A stretch of DNA of 47,604 bases from Verrucomicrobiota bacterium (GTDB taxonomy: Bacteria > Verrucomicrobiota > Kiritimatiellia > CAIQIC01 > Lenti-01): the NCBI GenBank assembly GCA_031262805.1, contig JAISGX010000034.1:1-47604 (forward strand), read 5' to 3'. Positions 45,008 through 47,604 of this stretch are shown here, in pieces. Numbering within the stretch: position 1 is the first letter of the stretch; each line of letters starts with the position of its first letter. Both the position numbers and the translations under genes were made by a program. The notes under the pieces were generated by a model. It had not been told where the DNA came from and did not search any database. It worked only from the letters and a program-made list of their open reading frames with translations.

Positions 45008-45409
45008 ATGAAACTTCCGTTTTTCCGCCAGTTGTTCAACACCCTCCGGCGCAAGCCCGAGACCAATCCCTTTCCGTTCACCCATCAGCCCAAATCGGTT
45101 GCGGCATTCCTGCGCTCGGCGGCGCAACACGATGTCCTCTTGAATCCGCCCGTGCCGGTGCCGGAAGGCGCACGCTTCCGCCTGCTCTACGACAGCCGCA
45201 TATGCATCGGCTGCAACATGTGCCTGAAGGTGTGCACTGCCCATGCCTTGGAAAAGGCGCCCGGCAAAAAAACAGTCCGGCTTTTCCGCGGCCAGTGCAT
45301 TTGCTGCGGCCAGTGCATGGAAGTCTGTCCCAAAGGCTGCTTCTCCATGGATGATTGCTTCATGCAGGCCGACAGCGACCGCTACTCGGCCGCCCTAGTG
45401 GAAGAATAG
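45008..45409 (+). CDS. mbhN: 2x[4Fe-4S] ferredoxin-like subunit (NuoI-like; MbhN)
   Basis: 133 aa with two cluster motifs, CIGCNMCLKVC and CICCGQCMEVCP. AAGGAG RBS before ATG 45008. Confidence 0.85.
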   Translation: MKLPFFRQLFNTLRRKPETNPFPFTHQPKSVAAFLRSAAQHDVLLNPPVPVPEGARFRLLYDSRICIGCNMCLKVCTAHALEKAPGKKTVRLFRGQCICCGQCMEVCPKGCFSMDDCFMQADSDRYSAALVEE

Positions 45410-45637
45410 GCCGCCCTGCGTCCTCATCCGCGGCCACCCCCTCAGCTGGATTTGTGCACCCACTTGACCATGCGGAAGTTTCGGCAGGCCATGGAATAAA
45501 GCGGTGGAATTGCTCTGCATCCGGAGGCTCATGCTATGCCGCGGCCTGCGCGCTTGCCGGATGTGCGAGGGGCCTGCGGCGCCCTGAAAGCCCTCGACGT
45601 GGGAATAGGGCTGTGGTAGGGTCTTTTCGCGTGGATT

Positions 45638-45714
45638 GCGTTCGTAGCTCAATTGGACAGAGCTTCTGACTTCGGATCAGAAGGTTGCAGGTTCGAGTCC
45701 TGCCGGACGCGCCA
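45638..45714 (+). tRNA. tRNA-Arg (anticodon UCG), CCA encoded
   Basis: Manual cloverleaf fold. Acceptor GCGTTCG/CGGACGC has one G-U pair. D arm GCTC/GAGC. Anticodon stem TCTGA/TCAGA with loop CTTCGGA (anticodon TCG). T arm GCAGG-TTCGAGT-CCTGC. Discriminator G followed by CCA. Confidence 0.9.
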
Positions 45715-45768
45715 GCTTTCGCGGGAGAGACCCGCGCAGATTGTGGATTTGAGAGGAAGGAAGAAACA

Positions 45769-47454
45769 ATGAAAATTGGTTTGGGCTCGGATCACGGCGG
45801 GTTTGTCATGAAGCAGGAAATCAAGAAGCTTCTCACCAGCCGCGAAGGCATGGAGTTGACGGATTTTGGGACGTACAGCGCCGAATCGGTGGATTATCCG
45901 GACTTTGCGGCCGACGTGGCCCGGCGGGTCTCCGAAGGCTCCCTGGAAGAAGGCGTGCTGGTTTGCACCACGGGGGTGGGCATGAGCATCACCGCCAACA
46001 AGTTTCCCCATGTGCGCGCCGCGCTGGTCTTCAACGCCAAAATGGCGCGGATGGCTCGTGAGCACAACAATGCCAATATCCTGGTGCTGGGCCAGGAAAT
46101 CACGCCGTTGGAAGAACTGCCCGCCATTCTCGACGCCTGGTTTGCCGCGGAATTCGAGCCCGGCGGGCGGCACGACCGGCGAGTCCGCAAAATCGACGCC
46201 TATGCCCTCAGCGTGGCCGAGCCGGAAGCCGTTCACGCCCAAGATGCCGAAATCTACGCCTCTTTGCGTGGTGAAAGCCGTCGCCAGCGCCAGAACATTG
46301 AGCTGATTGCATCGGAAAACTATGTCAGCCGGGCGGTCCGGGAGGCCCAGGGGTCCGTCATGACCAACAAATATGCGGAAGGATATCCCGGAAAACGCTA
46401 CTACAACGGGTGCGAATTTGTGGATGAGGCGGAAACCCTCGCCATCGACCGCGCCCGGCAACTCTTCGGCGCCGAGCACGTCAACGTGCAACCCCACAGC
46501 GGGAGCGGCGCGAACATGGCGGTATATTTCGCCATGCTCCAGCCCGGCGATACCATGCTCGCGATGAGCCTGGACCATGGGGGGCATTTGACCCATGGCC
46601 ACAAAATCAACTTTTCCGGCCGGTTCTTCAATGTGGTGCCCTATGGCGTGGACCGCGAAACCGAGCTGATCGACTATGACCGGATTGCCGAGTTGGCGGG
46701 GGAGTACAAACCCAAAATGCTCTGTGCCGGCGCCAGCGCCTATTCCCGAATCATCGATTTCAAGCGCCTGCGCGCCATTGCCGACAGCGTGGGCGCCTAC
46801 CTGATGGTCGATATGGCCCACATTGCCGGGCTGGTCGCCGCCGGGTTCCATCCCAGTCCGGTGCCCCATGCCGATTTTGTCACCACCACCACGCACAAGA
46901 CTCTCCGGGGCCCGCGCGGCGGCATGATTCTGTGCCGCGAGGCCTATGCCCGGGACATCGACAAACAGGTCTTCCCCGGCATTCAGGGCGGTCCCCTCAT
47001 GCACGTCATTGCCGCCAAGGCCGTCAGTTTCCAGGAAGCCTTGCAACCCTCCTTCAAGGAATATGCCCGCCAGATCGTGGCGAATGCCCAAACCCTGGCC
47101 GCCGAATTGGAAAAAGCCGGCATGCGGATCGTCTCCGGCGGAACAGATAACCACTTGATGCTGGCGGATTTGACGGCCTTGGGCATCACCGGGAAGGAGG
47201 CCGCCGCCGCCTTGGATGAGGCGCTCATCACTGTGAACAAGAACGCCATTCCTTTTGATCAGGAAAAACCCTTTGTCACCTCCGGCATCCGCTTGGGAAC
47301 CCCGGCCATCACCACCCGCGGCATGAAGGAGAAGGAAATGGCCCGGATTGCCTCCTGGGTGGGGCAGGTGGTTGCCGAGCCGGGAAATGCCAAACTCCGC
47401 ACGCGCATCCGCGAAGACGTGTTGGCCCTGACCGATCGCTTTCCCGTTCCGTAG
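45769..47454 (+). CDS. glyA: Fused ribose-5-phosphate isomerase B (RpiB/LacAB) and serine hydroxymethyltransferase
   Basis: A single 561-aa frame from ATG 45769 (GAGAGGAAGGAAG RBS). Residues 1 to about 145 are RpiB ([35 protein letters not shown]). Residues from about 150 to the end are SHMT ([53 protein letters not shown]). There is no stop or frameshift at the junction. Confidence 0.9.
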   Translation: MKIGLGSDHGGFVMKQEIKKLLTSREGMELTDFGTYSAESVDYPDFAADVARRVSEGSLEEGVLVCTTGVGMSITANKFPHVRAALVFNAKMARMAREHNNANILVLGQEITPLEELPAILDAWFAAEFEPGGRHDRRVRKIDAYALSVAEPEAVHAQDAEIYASLRGESRRQRQNIELIASENYVSRAVREAQGSVMTNKYAEGYPGKRYYNGCEFVDEAETLAIDRARQLFGAEHVNVQPHSGSGANMAVYFAMLQPGDTMLAMSLDHGGHLTHGHKINFSGRFFNVVPYGVDRETELIDYDRIAELAGEYKPKMLCAGASAYSRIIDFKRLRAIADSVGAYLMVDMAHIAGLVAAGFHPSPVPHADFVTTTTHKTLRGPRGGMILCREAYARDIDKQVFPGIQGGPLMHVIAAKAVSFQEALQPSFKEYARQIVANAQTLAAELEKAGMRIVSGGTDNHLMLADLTALGITGKEAAAALDEALITVNKNAIPFDQEKPFVTSGIRLGTPAITTRGMKEKEMARIASWVGQVVAEPGNAKLRTRIREDVLALTDRFPVP

Positions 47455-47604
47455 ATCTTTTTCGTTTGTTTCGAAAATATTAAAAATAGGGTCAAGATAA
47501 CATAAGCGGGTTATTTCGAAATAATTTCAGCAAAATCTTATATGTGTTGCAATGACGATGATTGAACCGCCATTCGCATTCTTTGAGGTGTAAATAAAAC
47601 GTCG

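Noticed and set aside
37080-45409. Alternative readings of the 14-gene cluster: respiratory complex I, an Mbx/MBS sulfane-sulfur reductase, a plain Mrp antiporter, or formate hydrogenlyase.
   Set aside because: The NuoD-like subunit retains both Ni-Fe Cys pairs, which are lost in complex I and altered in Mbx/MBS. No NuoE/F/G or quinone-module genes are present. A plain Mrp has no NuoB/C/D/H/I-like genes. No formate dehydrogenase or Hyc-type organisation is adjacent.
45489-45511. A possible fourth, degenerate copy of the repeat family (CCATGGAATAAAGCGGTGGAATT) downstream of mbhN.
   Set aside because: Only two loose TGGAA units are present, in direct orientation, with no palindromic partner. 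This is too weak to distinguish from chance.
45719-45735. A small hairpin (CGCGGG-AGAGA-CCCGCG) right after tRNA-Arg as a terminator.
   Set aside because: It has only a 6-bp stem and no T-run. It lies in the rpiB-glyA 5' region, so its function cannot be supported.
45649-47154. 501-aa ORF on the minus strand.
   Set aside because: It is antisense to the rpiB-glyA fusion and overlaps the tRNA-Arg gene. It has no motif.

Overview
This is a GC-rich (by eye about 60% or more), densely coding bacterial chromosomal segment with about 50 genes, many joined by ATGA start/stop overlaps. All calls come from reading the translated ORFs, motifs and DNA by eye; no database search was possible. Start codons were chosen from alignment logic, RBS-like purine runs and gene overlaps.

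Nt 1-34,700 is mostly housekeeping:
- gyrB (3' part), gyrA and an outer-membrane beta-barrel candidate
- folD, an LptF/LptG-type permease, a P1B heavy-metal ATPase and tsaB
- a minus-strand operon of a PtsN-like EIIA, a CPA2 antiporter and a small Poly_export-domain protein
- mutY, leuA, argG, asd and a DmlA/LeuB-family dehydrogenase
- a multi-PAS hybrid histidine kinase and a YgeW-type carbamoyltransferase
- the rplS-rnhB-yraN-slt operon, an unusually long GreA-family protein and gtrA
- ilvC, a lipoprotein plus an EEP nuclease/phosphatase, and alaS

Nt about 34,980-36,900 is a visibly lower-GC islet. It holds a secreted HEAT-like protein and a Fic (AMPylase-type) protein.

Nt 37,080-45,409 is the main system in the window. 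It is a complete, translationally coupled 14-gene Mrp-Mbh-type (group 4) membrane-bound [NiFe]-hydrogenase operon in the archaeal MbhA-N gene order. The Ni-Fe cysteine ligands are intact. It is followed by tRNA-Arg(UCG) and an in-frame RpiB-SHMT (rpiB-glyA) fusion gene. The window ends in an abruptly AT-rich stretch.

I found no rRNA, CRISPR array, transposase or integrase.

Other points worth a second look:
- A family of TTTTCCA(C)/(G)TGGAAAA palindromic repeat clusters occurs in three intergenic regions, one of them a perfect 19-bp-arm hairpin.
- The YgeW-like enzyme carries a histone-H1-like Lys/Ala tail.
- There is a terminator-like element in the leuA leader.
- The EIIA-Ntr-like gene is linked to a CPA2 transporter that has an unassigned C-terminal domain.

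The roughly 720-aa GreA form and the Lys/Ala tail hint at a PVC-superphylum-like anaerobe. That is inference only.
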